The translations under genes and the position numbers were made by a program. DNA of 32,000 bases from Dickeya dadantii NCPPB 898 (GTDB taxonomy: Bacteria; Pseudomonadota; Gammaproteobacteria; Enterobacterales; Enterobacteriaceae), in contig NZ_CM001976.1 in the NCBI RefSeq assembly GCF_000406145.1, forward strand, positions 1,117,263 to 1,149,262, written 5' to 3'. The stretch's first letter is position 1. Every line of letters starts with the position of its first letter. Positions 8,696 through 17,257 of the stretch are shown one piece after another. Under the pieces are notes generated by a model. That model made no database searches. It saw only the letters and a program-made list of their open reading frames with translations, and was not told where the DNA came from.

Positions 8696-10372
8696 ATGGA
8701 GTTACTTCGCCTGGTCTACCGGCAGTATCGCTGGCCGTTCCTGACCGTCATCTTGCTTAGCCTTGCCAGCGCGGCGTTGGGGATCGGTTTGATCGCCTTC
8801 ATTAACCGGCAACTGATTGAGGCCGTTAGTCCGACTTTGCAGGTGTTACCGGGGTTCATCGGCTTGCTGATATTGCTGATGGCGGTGACGCTGGCTTCGC
8901 AACTGGCGCTGACCGTGCTGGGCCACCATTTTGTCTGCCGCCTGCGCGGGCAACTGATCAAACGTATTCTCGACACCGGGCTGGAGCGGCTGCGGCAGAT
9001 TGGTCCCGCGCAGTTGCAGGCCAGCCTTGCCAGCGATATCCGCACCATCACGATGGCGTTTGTACGCCTGCCGGAACTGGTGCAGGGCATCATTCTGACG
9101 TTCGGCTGCGCCGCCTATCTGGCCTGGCTTTCCCCCCGCATGATGCTGGTGACGGCGTTGTGGGTGGCGCTCACCATCTGGGGCGGTTACTGGCTGGTTT
9201 CCCGCGTGTATCGCCATTTCAGCCGGGTGCGCGAAGAGGAAAACCGGCTGCACGAAGATTACCAACGGGTGATCGACGGCTGTAAAGAGCTGTCGCTGAA
9301 CCGTGACCGGGCGCGCCAGCTATACGAGCAGGACTTTCAGCGCCATGCCGACGACTACCGTCACCATATTATCCGGGCGGATACCTACCATCTGAGCGCC
9401 ATCAACTGGTCGAATATCATGATGCTGGGCGCGATCGGCGCGGTGTTCTTTATGGCCAACAGTCTGGGCTGGGCCGATAACGCGGTGGCCGCCACCTATT
9501 CCCTGATTTTGCTGTTTTTGCGCACGCCGCTGCTGCAGGCGGTGGGCGCGTTTCCTACGCTGGTCAGCGCTCAGGTGGCGTTTGATAAGCTGCGCCAGTT
9601 GAGGCTGGTCGATTATCAGGCGGGTTTTTCGTCGGCGCCCGCCCCCGGTCAGTGGCAAATCCTGACGCTGCGTGATGTCTGCTTTCGCTACGACGACGGC
9701 GGGTTTGAAGTCGGGCCGATCAATCTTACGTTGCGGCGCGGCGAGCTGGTGTTTCTGATCGGCGGCAACGGCAGCGGCAAGTCAACGCTGGCGATGCTGT
9801 TGACCGGATTATATACGCCGGTGTCGGGCGAGCTGACGCTGGATGACCGGCCGGTGCCGCTGGAGCAGTATCAGACGCTGTTTTCGGCGGTGTTTACCGA
9901 TTTCCACCTGTTCGATCGCCTGATGGGGCCGCAGGGCGGCGCGCCGGACGCATCGCTGGTATCCGACTGGCTCGACCGGCTCAATATGCGCCAGAAACTG
10001 CACATCACGGAACAGCGCATCCTGAATCTGTCGCTCTCGCAAGGGCAGCGCAAGCGGGTGGCGCTGCTGCTGGCGGTGGCGGAGCAGCGCGATATTCTGC
10101 TGCTGGACGAGTGGGCCGCCGATCAGGACCCGCAATTCCGCCGGGTGTTTTATCAGGTGTTATTGCCGCAGCTGCGCGCGGAGGGGAAAACCGTTATCGC
10201 CATCAGCCATGACGACCACTATTTCGAACAGGCGGACCGGTTGCTGGAAATGCGCGCCGGCGCGCTGGTGGAGCTGGTTGGCGACGCCCGTCGCGAGGCA
10301 AGCCGCGATGCGGTCGCCCGCATCAGCCTCGCTGAAGTGAATGCCGCTGAAAATAGGTCGCTTATTCAGTGA
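8696..10372 (+). CDS. yojI: YojI-type fused permease/ATPase ABC exporter (cyclic-peptide / microcin efflux family)
   Basis: [42 protein letters not shown] closely matches my memory of the E. coli YojI N-terminus. Walker A is GGNGSGKST, the signature-like motif is LSQGQRKR, and Walker B is [15 protein letters not shown]8687, 3 codons upstream, is an alternative start. Confidence 0.85.
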   Translation: MELLRLVYRQYRWPFLTVILLSLASAALGIGLIAFINRQLIEAVSPTLQVLPGFIGLLILLMAVTLASQLALTVLGHHFVCRLRGQLIKRILDTGLERLRQIGPAQLQASLASDIRTITMAFVRLPELVQGIILTFGCAAYLAWLSPRMMLVTALWVALTIWGGYWLVSRVYRHFSRVREEENRLHEDYQRVIDGCKELSLNRDRARQLYEQDFQRHADDYRHHIIRADTYHLSAINWSNIMMLGAIGAVFFMANSLGWADNAVAATYSLILLFLRTPLLQAVGAFPTLVSAQVAFDKLRQLRLVDYQAGFSSAPAPGQWQILTLRDVCFRYDDGGFEVGPINLTLRRGELVFLIGGNGSGKSTLAMLLTGLYTPVSGELTLDDRPVPLEQYQTLFSAVFTDFHLFDRLMGPQGGAPDASLVSDWLDRLNMRQKLHITEQRILNLSLSQGQRKRVALLLAVAEQRDILLLDEWAADQDPQFRRVFYQVLLPQLRAEGKTVIAISHDDHYFEQADRLLEMRAGALVELVGDARREASRDAVARISLAEVNAAENRSLIQ

Positions 10373-10438
10373 TCTGGCTCTCCTGTTGGTCATCTGACGC
10401 TATACAGCCTTTGGGGGGCGCTGCAACATAAGCGCCGA

Positions 10439-10472
10439 TGCCAGCCTTACGGCTGGCAGATAAGGATTTTTT
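10439..10472 (+). terminator. Hairpin downstream of yojI (possible terminator)
   Basis: TGCCAGCC (10439-10446), loop ttac, GGCTGGCA (10451-10458). The T6 run begins only 8 nt after the stem. A second hairpin, GGCGCT/AGCGCC, lies at 10417-10436. Confidence 0.4.
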
Positions 10473-10553
10473 CGATAAAAAAACGATCGGCTGATGCCGG
10501 TTTTCGGGCAGGAACAGCCCGATCGTCCTCTGAGCTATTAAAGAGAATCTGTT

Positions 10554-11600
10554 ATGGAACGATGGTTTAAATCTCTGTTTATTATTGCTTTCCTCTTTGT
10601 TTCTACGGCCAATGCGGCAGATAAACTGCCAAACATCGTCATTCTGGCGACCGGCGGTACTATTGCCGGTTCGGCGGCGACGGGTACCCAGACTACCGGT
10701 TACAAGGCCGGCGCGCTTGGCGTGGATACGCTGATCAACGCCGTGCCCGAGGTGAAAAAACTGGCGAACGTAAAAGGCGAGCAATTCGCCAACATGGCCA
10801 GCGAAAACATGACCGGCGATGTGGTGCTGAAACTGAGCCAGCGCGTGAACGCGCTGCTGGCGCGTGACGATGTGGACGGCGTGGTGATTACTCACGGTAC
10901 GGACACGCTGGAGGAGTCGGCCTATTTCCTCCACCTGACGGTGAAAAGCGACAAGCCGGTGGTGTTTGCGGCGGCGATGCGCCCGGCCACGGCCATCAGC
11001 GCCGACGGCCCGATGAACCTGCTGGAAGCGGTTCGCGTGGCGAGCGACAAACAGTCTCGCGGCCGCGGCGTGCTGGTAGTGCTCAACGACCGTATCGGTT
11101 CCGCCCGTTATATCACCAAGAGCAATGCCTCGACGCTGGACAGTTTCCGGGCGAATGAAGAAGGTTATCTGGGCGTGGTGATCGGTAACCATATCTATTA
11201 TCAGAATCGCCTCGACAAACTGCATACCAACCGTTCGGTATTCGATGTGCGCGGCCTGGCCTCGCTGCCGAAAGTCGATATTCTTTATGGGTATCAGGAT
11301 GACTCGGAATACCTGTACGACGCCGCCATCAGCCACGGAGTGAAAGGCATCGTTTATGCCGGTATGGGCGCGGGTTCGGTATCGGTGCGTGGCATAGCCG
11401 GAATGCGCAAGGCGCAGGATAAAGGCGTGGTGGTGATGCGCTCTTCCCGCACCGGCAACGGCATCGTGCCGCCGGATGAAGCGCTGCCGGGCCTGGTCGC
11501 GGATTCGCTCAACCCGGCGCATGCCCGAATCCTGTTGATGCTGGCATTGACCCGCACCAGCGATCCGGCGGTGATCCAGGACTATTTCCACACCTATTGA
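10554..11600 (+). CDS. ansB: Periplasmic L-asparaginase II (Erwinia/Dickeya type)
   Basis: The 348-aa ORF has a signal peptide ([21 protein letters not shown]). The mature sequence [57 protein letters not shown]...HGTDT...[23 protein letters not shown] is near-identical to the Erwinia chrysanthemi L-asparaginase sequence as I recall it. Confidence 0.95.
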   Translation: MERWFKSLFIIAFLFVSTANAADKLPNIVILATGGTIAGSAATGTQTTGYKAGALGVDTLINAVPEVKKLANVKGEQFANMASENMTGDVVLKLSQRVNALLARDDVDGVVITHGTDTLEESAYFLHLTVKSDKPVVFAAAMRPATAISADGPMNLLEAVRVASDKQSRGRGVLVVLNDRIGSARYITKSNASTLDSFRANEEGYLGVVIGNHIYYQNRLDKLHTNRSVFDVRGLASLPKVDILYGYQDDSEYLYDAAISHGVKGIVYAGMGAGSVSVRGIAGMRKAQDKGVVVMRSSRTGNGIVPPDEALPGLVADSLNPAHARILLMLALTRTSDPAVIQDYFHTY

Positions 11601-11658
11601 TCGGCGCTTTTGCCGTACGAACAGGCCGCCGACCGGCGGCCTGACTGTTTGTGACGCG

Positions 11659-11683
11659 ACCGGCGGCATCAGGCCGGTTTTTA
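11659..11683 (+). terminator. Rho-independent terminator after ansB
   Basis: ACCGGC (11659-11664), an 8-nt loop, GCCGGT (11673-11678) running into TTTTT (11678-11682). A stronger hairpin, CAGGCCGCCG/CGGCGGCCTG at 11622-11643, precedes it but has only a weak T-tract. Confidence 0.6.
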
Positions 11684-11901
11684 CGGCGTAACTTGCCGTA
11701 TTTGGTAAACATGATGGCGTGTTGTGCTGAATTTAACCGGAAAGCTGGCGTGAAGTGGCTTTCCCCATGCCGGCGCGGCGCGGAGGCTTTCTTAATGAGG
11801 ATTATTGCCTGTATGATTCTGCTCTTGGTACGACAGGCGCCGGCTGACAGCACTCCCCGCTGCGGCTGGCAGGCCTGAGAAAAATAAGGACTGGTCGTGA
11901 C

Positions 11902-12423
11902 ATGACACAACCCATTTTTATGGTCGGTGCCAGAGGGTGCGGAAAAACCACGGTTGGCGATGAGCTGGCGCGGGCGCTTGGCTATGAGTTTGTCGATACG
12001 GATATTTTTATGCAGCACACCAGCGGCCTGACCGTGGCGGATGTGGTCGCCGCCGAAGGGTGGCCGGGATTTCGCCGCCGGGAAAGCGAGGCGCTGCACG
12101 CGGTAACGGCGCCGAACCGGATTGTGGCGACCGGCGGCGGTATGGTGCTGCTGGAACAGAATCGTCGGTTTATGCGCGCTCAGGGGATCGTTATCTACCT
12201 ACACGCGCCGGCGCAGGCGCTGGCGCAGCGGTTGCAGGCCAGTCCGCAGGCGCATCAGCGGCCGACGTTGACCGGGCGGCCGATCGCCGAGGAGATGGAA
12301 GCGGTGCTCAGAGAGCGTGAAGCGCTGTATCAGGATGTGGCGCACTACGTGGTGGACGCCACCCAGGCGCCGGCCGTGATTGTTTCGGAACTGGTGCAGA
12401 CGCTGAGTCTGCCGGCGGCCTGA
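11902..12423 (+). CDS. aroL: Shikimate kinase II
   Basis: [19 protein letters not shown] (P-loop) ... ATGGGMVL ... RPTLTG. The 173-aa protein is colinear with E. coli AroL as I remember it ([19 protein letters not shown]...). AAGGA precedes the ATG. Confidence 0.9.
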   Translation: MTQPIFMVGARGCGKTTVGDELARALGYEFVDTDIFMQHTSGLTVADVVAAEGWPGFRRRESEALHAVTAPNRIVATGGGMVLLEQNRRFMRAQGIVIYLHAPAQALAQRLQASPQAHQRPTLTGRPIAEEMEAVLREREALYQDVAHYVVDATQAPAVIVSELVQTLSLPAA

Positions 12424-12459
12424 CGGTCAATCGATTTTTTAACAGAAAGGTTGGGCATT

Positions 12460-12744
12460 ATGCTGAATGTAAATGAGTATTTTGAAGGGAAAGTAAAATC
12501 CATCGGTTTTGACGGCAGCCGTATCGGCCGCGCCAGCGTCGGGGTGATGGAAGCCGGCGAATATACCTTTGGCACCGGGCAGGCGGAAGAAATGACGGTA
12601 GTCAGCGGCGCGCTGAACGTGCTGCTACCGGGCGCGCAGGAGTGGCAGCTGTTCGAAGCCGGTGCGGTTTTCAACGTGCCGGAAAAAAGCGAGTTCAAAC
12701 TGAAAGTGTCCGAACCGTCGTCCTATCTGTGCCGCTATCTGTAA
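12460..12744 (+). CDS. ppnP: Pyrimidine/purine nucleoside phosphorylase PpnP (YaiE)
   Basis: The 94-aa product [17 protein letters not shown]...[20 protein letters not shown]...PSSYLCRYL matches the E. coli PpnP pattern. I preferred ATG12460, with AAAGG 9 nt upstream, to the track's TTG12451. Confidence 0.9.
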   Translation: MLNVNEYFEGKVKSIGFDGSRIGRASVGVMEAGEYTFGTGQAEEMTVVSGALNVLLPGAQEWQLFEAGAVFNVPEKSEFKLKVSEPSSYLCRYL

Positions 12745-12773
12745 TTTCCGCACTATTTTCCTTTCGTGATAAT

Positions 12774-12804
12774 CGGCTGTCAGCAATACCGGCAGCCGTT
12801 TTCT
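12774..12804 (+). terminator. Rho-independent terminator after ppnP
   Basis: CGGCTG (12774-12779) ... CAGCCG (12793-12798), followed by TTTTCT. Confidence 0.55.
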
Positions 12805-13249
12805 GATATTAAGTTGTCGCTTTTTGTTATCAGGTTGTGATCCCCGCATGAATCATACCGCCAGTGCAATCTGCCTGTCATTCTGCCGTCATATGATTGT
12901 CGATACGCTTTGCTATATCGTCTTATAGTGATAATGACGTTTGGTAATTATCAGGCGAAACGATGGTGATTTGAAAATATATATTTATCTATATTGTTGA
13001 TTTGTTATTAATTAGAAAAATCATATTCTTTTCTTATAAGAAAAATTTCAGATAAATCTGTAAATCTGATAGCGGCCATTGTATTTTCCTGTGACAGGGC
13101 CTTTCTTTTGGCTGCGGTGCGTTAGTCCGCGTGATGGGAGGAGATGTTTCTGGCAGACAGTTTTATTTTCTCGAATGGAATGCCTCGTAACTAATGAGGC
13201 GATCGTTGTGGTTATCTAAAAAAAGCCTTTCAATAATTACGTGGTCACT

Positions 13250-15040
13250 ATGCTTAAAACAACTCGTGCTCGTATTCTGGCCGTGTGCACGGCTATCATT
13301 GTGGTTGCTCTGATAATTAATACTTTTTTGAATTACCGGGTGACTGATAAATATAATGATGAATCCATCAATAACCTGCTTACCGCCGTGACCGCTGGTC
13401 ACAGCCTGGCCATCAGCGACTGGGTGGCCGCCAAAAAACAAATCATTACGTCACTCAATACCGTGGTACTGACCAACGACGATCCGATTGTGGTATTCAA
13501 ACAGATGGCGGCGGCAGGCAGCTTTATCAACGTGTATATGGGATATGCCAACCACACCGCCAAATTCTCCGACCCCGGCGGCATTCCGGCTAATTATGAC
13601 CCTACCGTTCGCCCCTGGTATCAGCAGGCGGTGAGAGAGGGCAAAGCCATTGCGACCGCGCCGTATCTGGATATGGCGACCAATACCATTGTGGTGTCGT
13701 TTGTGGCGCCGGTGCTGGATGGCGGCAGCGTCAAGGGTGTGCTGGGCAGCGACGTGACCATGGACAGCGTCATCGCCAACGTCAAGGCCATCCACCCGAC
13801 GCCCGCCAGCTACGGCATTCTGATTCAGGCCGATGGCACTATCATCGCCCATCCGGACGCCAAGCTGACGCTGAAAAAATTGACCGAGATTGCCCCGCAG
13901 GTGAATCTGGGACAGGTGCTGAAATCCGACCATCCGGTGCAACTTAACATCAGCGGGCGCGACATGCTGGTAAGAACCCAGCCGGTGACCGGCACCGACT
14001 GGTATGTACTGGTCGCGCTGGACAAGGCGGAAGCCACCGCCGGTATGGGCTCGCTGTTGTGGACATCGGTGATCGCGCTGGTGATCATCAGTATTCTGGG
14101 CTCGGTGGTGCTGGGGTTGCTGATCAACGCCTCGCTCAAACGTCTGCTGCAGATTCGCGATGCGATGGACGACATCAGCCACGGCACCAACGACCTGACC
14201 CTGCGTCTGCCGGATGACGGTCATGATGAAGTGGCGCAGATCGCCCGCTCGTTCAACACCTTTGTCGACAAACTCAGCATGATTATGTTGCAGATTCGCG
14301 ACATCAGCGCATCGCTGCAAACTGCGACCGACGAAGTGGCGACCGGCAACAACGATCTGGCGTCTCGTACCGAAGCGGCGGCGGCCAGCCTGCAACAGAC
14401 GGCGGCGGCGCTGGAGCAGATTTCCGCCACCGTTACCCAGTCGGCCGGTTCCGCCCAGCAGGTGAACGATCGTACCCACTCGCTGGCGACCGATGCCAGC
14501 GCCGGCGGCAAAGTGGTGTCTGAAGTGATCACCACCATGGAAGAGATCGAAGTCGCGTCCGGCAAGATTGGCGACATCATCGGTGTGATCGACGGCATCG
14601 CCTTCCAGACCAATATTCTGGCGCTGAACGCCGCGGTGGAAGCCGCTCGCGCCGGTGAGCAAGGGCGCGGCTTCGCGGTGGTGGCGGGTGAAGTACGCTC
14701 GCTGGCGCAACGCAGCGCGCAGGCGGCGAAAGAGATTAAGACGTTGATTGAATCCACCGTGTTGAGTGTGAATGCCGGTTCACGGCAGGTACGTCAGGCC
14801 GGCAACACCATGAATGAGATTGTCGGCGGCGTGTCTTCCGTGAGTACGGTGATGTCGGAAATCACCCATGCGTCGGGGGAGCAGATGCGCGGGATTCAGG
14901 AGATCAACAAAGCGGTGGCGCAGCTGGATTCGATGGTGCAGCAGAACGCGGCGATGGTGCAGGAAGCCGCGTCCGCCTTCGCCTCGTTGCAGTCGCAGTC
15001 TGAGGAATTGCACTCCTCGATCAGTCACTTCAAGTTGTAA
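13250..15040 (+). CDS. Methyl-accepting chemotaxis protein with a double-Cache (dCache_1-like) periplasmic sensor
   Basis: TM1 is [19 protein letters not shown], followed by a ~250-aa periplasmic domain containing the Cache-typical VRPWYQQA...APYLD. TM2 ([24 protein letters not shown]), a HAMP domain and the conserved signalling hairpin tip ([43 protein letters not shown]) follow. I preferred ATG13250 to GTG13241. There is no C-terminal NWETF-type pentapeptide. Confidence 0.9.
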   Translation: MLKTTRARILAVCTAIIVVALIINTFLNYRVTDKYNDESINNLLTAVTAGHSLAISDWVAAKKQIITSLNTVVLTNDDPIVVFKQMAAAGSFINVYMGYANHTAKFSDPGGIPANYDPTVRPWYQQAVREGKAIATAPYLDMATNTIVVSFVAPVLDGGSVKGVLGSDVTMDSVIANVKAIHPTPASYGILIQADGTIIAHPDAKLTLKKLTEIAPQVNLGQVLKSDHPVQLNISGRDMLVRTQPVTGTDWYVLVALDKAEATAGMGSLLWTSVIALVIISILGSVVLGLLINASLKRLLQIRDAMDDISHGTNDLTLRLPDDGHDEVAQIARSFNTFVDKLSMIMLQIRDISASLQTATDEVATGNNDLASRTEAAAASLQQTAAALEQISATVTQSAGSAQQVNDRTHSLATDASAGGKVVSEVITTMEEIEVASGKIGDIIGVIDGIAFQTNILALNAAVEAARAGEQGRGFAVVAGEVRSLAQRSAQAAKEIKTLIESTVLSVNAGSRQVRQAGNTMNEIVGGVSSVSTVMSEITHASGEQMRGIQEINKAVAQLDSMVQQNAAMVQEAASAFASLQSQSEELHSSISHFKL

Positions 15041-15044
15041 AACG

Positions 15045-15073
15045 ATAGGGCGCCGGGTGAACCGGCGCCCTAT
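15045..15073. terminator. Hairpin between the convergent chemoreceptor gene and rdgC
   Basis: ATAGGGCGCCGG (15045-15056), loop gtgaa, CCGGCGCCCTAT (15062-15073), a perfect 12-bp stem. It begins 5 nt after the chemoreceptor stop codon. Only weak T-richness flanks it. Confidence 0.55.
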
Positions 15074-15227
15074 GATTACCGACAAACCTCTTCTTGTCGT
15101 GCGTGCGATGAAATAGCAAGGATATTCCATCGTTTATTCCGCACGAAATCACTCACAGGTCGGACAGACATCACCATTTGCAAAACAAACCGGCTGATTT
15201 GTCAACAGCCCAACGCGACCGGCGGAA

Positions 15228-16139
15228 TTACCGCTGCGCCTCGCCCCCCAACGCGTCCGTCAGGCTGGCGATCAGCGCCGCCACTTCACCGGTCATCAGC
15301 GTAAAGTCGGCGTCAAATCGCTGAGCCACGTCTTCCCGGTCGATGTCGTCGTTCTGCTCGCGCAGGGTATCGGCGAATTTCAGACGCTTGAGCGAGCCGT
15401 CGTCCGCCAGCACCAACTGGATACGCTCCTGCCAGTCCAGCGCCAGTTTGGTCACCACTTTACCCGCTTCGATGTGGGTGGCGATTTCGTCGCTGACCAG
15501 TTCCTGCTTCTTGCAGCGAATGACGCCGCCGTCTTCCAGTACCGCTTTCAGCTCGGCTTCGTCCTGCAGCGCAAAACCGGCGGGCGTCTGGCCGGAGCGT
15601 ACCCATTCGGTCAGCGTCAGCTCGATCGGATTTTCCATGGTCAGCGGCACCACCGGCAGCGACCCCAGCGTTTTACGCAGCAGCGCCAGCGTGTCTTCGG
15701 CCTTCTTGGCGCTGGCGGCATCCACCATGATCAAATGGTTGACGGTGTCGATCCACAGCGAAATCTGGCTAAAACGGCTGAACGCGCGGGGCAGCAGGCT
15801 GTGCAGCACCTCGTCTTTCAGCGAGTCTTTTTCGGTTTTCTTCAGCTTGCGGTGCTGTTCGCCTTCCAGCTTATCGATCCTGGCTTGCAACGCCTGCTTG
15901 ATGACCGGCGCAGGCAGGATCTTCTCTTCTTTGCGGGCGCAGATCAGAATCTGGCCGTTGACCACGTGGGTCAGGGCATCGCCGTGCGGACCCATCGGCG
16001 AGACCCAGCCGGTTTTGCTCGGATCCTGACTGCCGCAGGGGGTAAAGGCGAGGGAGGCCAGCTGTGTCTCCATGGCGTCCGCAGAGAGGCTGATATCGCG
16101 GCTCAGGCGATAAATCATCAAATTTTTAAACCACAGCAT
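15228..16139 (-). CDS. rdgC: Recombination-associated protein RdgC
   Basis: Starting from ATG16139 the product is 303 aa ([39 protein letters not shown]...), which is the RdgC N-terminus and length. The 47 extra upstream codons in the track ORF are not RdgC-like. Confidence 0.9.
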   Translation of the reverse strand: MLWFKNLMIYRLSRDISLSADAMETQLASLAFTPCGSQDPSKTGWVSPMGPHGDALTHVVNGQILICARKEEKILPAPVIKQALQARIDKLEGEQHRKLKKTEKDSLKDEVLHSLLPRAFSRFSQISLWIDTVNHLIMVDAASAKKAEDTLALLRKTLGSLPVVPLTMENPIELTLTEWVRSGQTPAGFALQDEAELKAVLEDGGVIRCKKQELVSDEIATHIEAGKVVTKLALDWQERIQLVLADDGSLKRLKFADTLREQNDDIDREDVAQRFDADFTLMTGEVAALIASLTDALGGEAQR

Positions 16140-16309
16140 TTTTCTTCCCAGACTGGCGCGTCTCTGGTGCGGTTCCACGTGATAGCGTGGAGCAAGTATC
16201 AGGACGCAGGGGTTATTCGCAACGGGCATGATAACGAATTGTGTTGAGGGACGGTACGATAATGTCATCATCAGGAACACGCGAGTTCGGTGGATAAACA
16301 GGAGACAAC

Positions 16310-17221
16310 GTGCGAATAGGTATTGATTTAGGCGGGACCAAAATCGAAGTCATTGCGCTGACGGACGAGGGGCGCGAGGCTTTTCGCCACCGGGTGGCGA
16401 CGCCGCGCCACGATTATCGTCAAACCCTGCAAACCATCGCCGATCTGGTGGTTATGGCGGAGCAGGCCACCGGGCAGCGCGGCAGCGTGGGCGTCGGTAT
16501 TCCCGGCACGCTGTCGCCGGTGACCGGCCGGGTAAAAAACGCCAATTCGGTCTGGCTGAATCAGCAGCCGCTGGATCAGGATCTGGCGCAGCTGTTAGGT
16601 CGGCCGGTGCGGATGGCGAACGATGCCAACTGCTTTGCGGTATCCGAGGCGGTGGATGGCGCGGCGGCGGGTGCAGACAAGGTGTTCGCGGTGATTATCG
16701 GTACCGGCTGCGGCGCCGGGATCGCGTTGAACGGACAGACGCACATCGGGCGCAACGGCGTGGCTGGCGAGTGGGGCCATAACCCGTTGCCGTGGATGGA
16801 CGCCGATGAATGGCGCGACCAGCAGGCGATGCCGTGCTATTGCGGCCGCACGGGGTGCATCGAGACGTTTATCTCCGGCACCGGCTTTGGCGCGGATTAC
16901 CAGCGTCTGAGCGGCCAGACGCGTCAGGGCCATGAGATTATCGCGCGGGTCGGGCAAGGCGATGCGCTGGCGGAACAGGCATTGCAACGCTATGAGCGGC
17001 GGCTGGCTAAATCGCTGGCGCATATCGTCAATCTGCTGGATCCGGATGTGATTGTGCTGGGCGGCGGCATGAGCAACGTCACACGGTTGTATGACACCGT
17101 GCCCGGTTTGCTGAAACAGTGGGTGTTTGGCGGCGAGTGCGATACGCCGGTTCGACAGGCGATGCACGGCGACTCAAGCGGCGTGCGCGGCGCCGCCTGG
17201 CTATGGCCGCAACAGCGGTAA
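16310..17221 (+). CDS. mak: ROK-family fructokinase (manno(fructo)kinase Mak/YajF)
   Basis: [17 protein letters not shown]... [12 protein letters not shown]... [10 protein letters not shown]...[16 protein letters not shown] (ROK zinc motif) ...[14 protein letters not shown] is colinear with E. coli Mak as I remember it. The start is GTG, preceded by AGGAGA. Confidence 0.85.
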   Translation: MRIGIDLGGTKIEVIALTDEGREAFRHRVATPRHDYRQTLQTIADLVVMAEQATGQRGSVGVGIPGTLSPVTGRVKNANSVWLNQQPLDQDLAQLLGRPVRMANDANCFAVSEAVDGAAAGADKVFAVIIGTGCGAGIALNGQTHIGRNGVAGEWGHNPLPWMDADEWRDQQAMPCYCGRTGCIETFISGTGFGADYQRLSGQTRQGHEIIARVGQGDALAEQALQRYERRLAKSLAHIVNLLDPDVIVLGGGMSNVTRLYDTVPGLLKQWVFGGECDTPVRQAMHGDSSGVRGAAWLWPQQR

Positions 17222-17225
17222 GGTT

Positions 17226-17254
17226 CAGCGGGGACGCCGGATGCGCCCCCGCTG
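17226..17254. terminator. Hairpin between convergent mak and sbcC (bidirectional terminator candidate)
   Basis: CAGCGGGG (17226-17233) ... CCCCGCTG (17247-17254), followed by GGTTTATTT on the + strand. It sits between the stop at 17221 (+) and the stop at 17258 (-). Confidence 0.55.
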
Positions 17255-17257
17255 GGT

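Noticed and set aside
10362-11669. 435-aa ORF antisense to ansB. Similar long antisense ORFs lie at 13451-14710 (vs the chemoreceptor gene), 28881-30155 (vs proY), 7567-8523, 25937-26848 and 23592-24476.
   Set aside because: Each lies entirely opposite a gene with a clear, family-typical product. Their translations are low-complexity, R/G/H/Q-rich strings with no recognisable motifs. Long open antisense frames are expected in GC-rich coding DNA.
11682-11720. TyrR / TrpR operator boxes upstream of aroL, as expected from E. coli.
   Set aside because: The best candidates match TGTAAA-N6-TTTACA poorly. TGCCGTATTTGGTAAACA matches only about 6 of 12 positions, and the other candidate is the dyad TACGGC-N7-GCCGTA. 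I cannot support a call without PWM scoring.
12848-12928. Small ORFs in AT-rich intergenic regions. These include a 26-aa Cys-rich ORF at 12848-12928, a 16-aa ORF at 13144-13194 abutting GGGAGGAG, a 13-aa ORF at 4027-4068, and a 10-aa ORF overlapping the pstS-like stop at 25655.
   Set aside because: They have no SD, or a wrongly spaced one (2 nt for the 13144 ORF). They are very short, have no recognisable features, and are expected by chance in regions of this size.
12929-12953. Fur-box-like TGATAAT...ATTATCA dyad upstream of the chemoreceptor gene.
   Set aside because: The arms match Fur half-sites, but the spacing (11 nt between hexamers, 25 bp overall) does not fit the 19-bp GATAATGATAATCATTATC consensus. 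I kept it only as a generic dyad in the AT-rich-region finding.
15228-16280. N-terminally extended versions of rdgC (16280), sbcD (22332), the alpha/beta-hydrolase (7301), acpH (31670), phoB (22533), the PstS-like gene (24612), the MetE-like gene (25775) and ppnP (12451) as given by the ORF track.
   Set aside because: In each case an internal ATG reproduces the conserved family N-terminus or a proper signal peptide and has a better SD. The upstream extensions are unconserved read-through of intergenic sequence.
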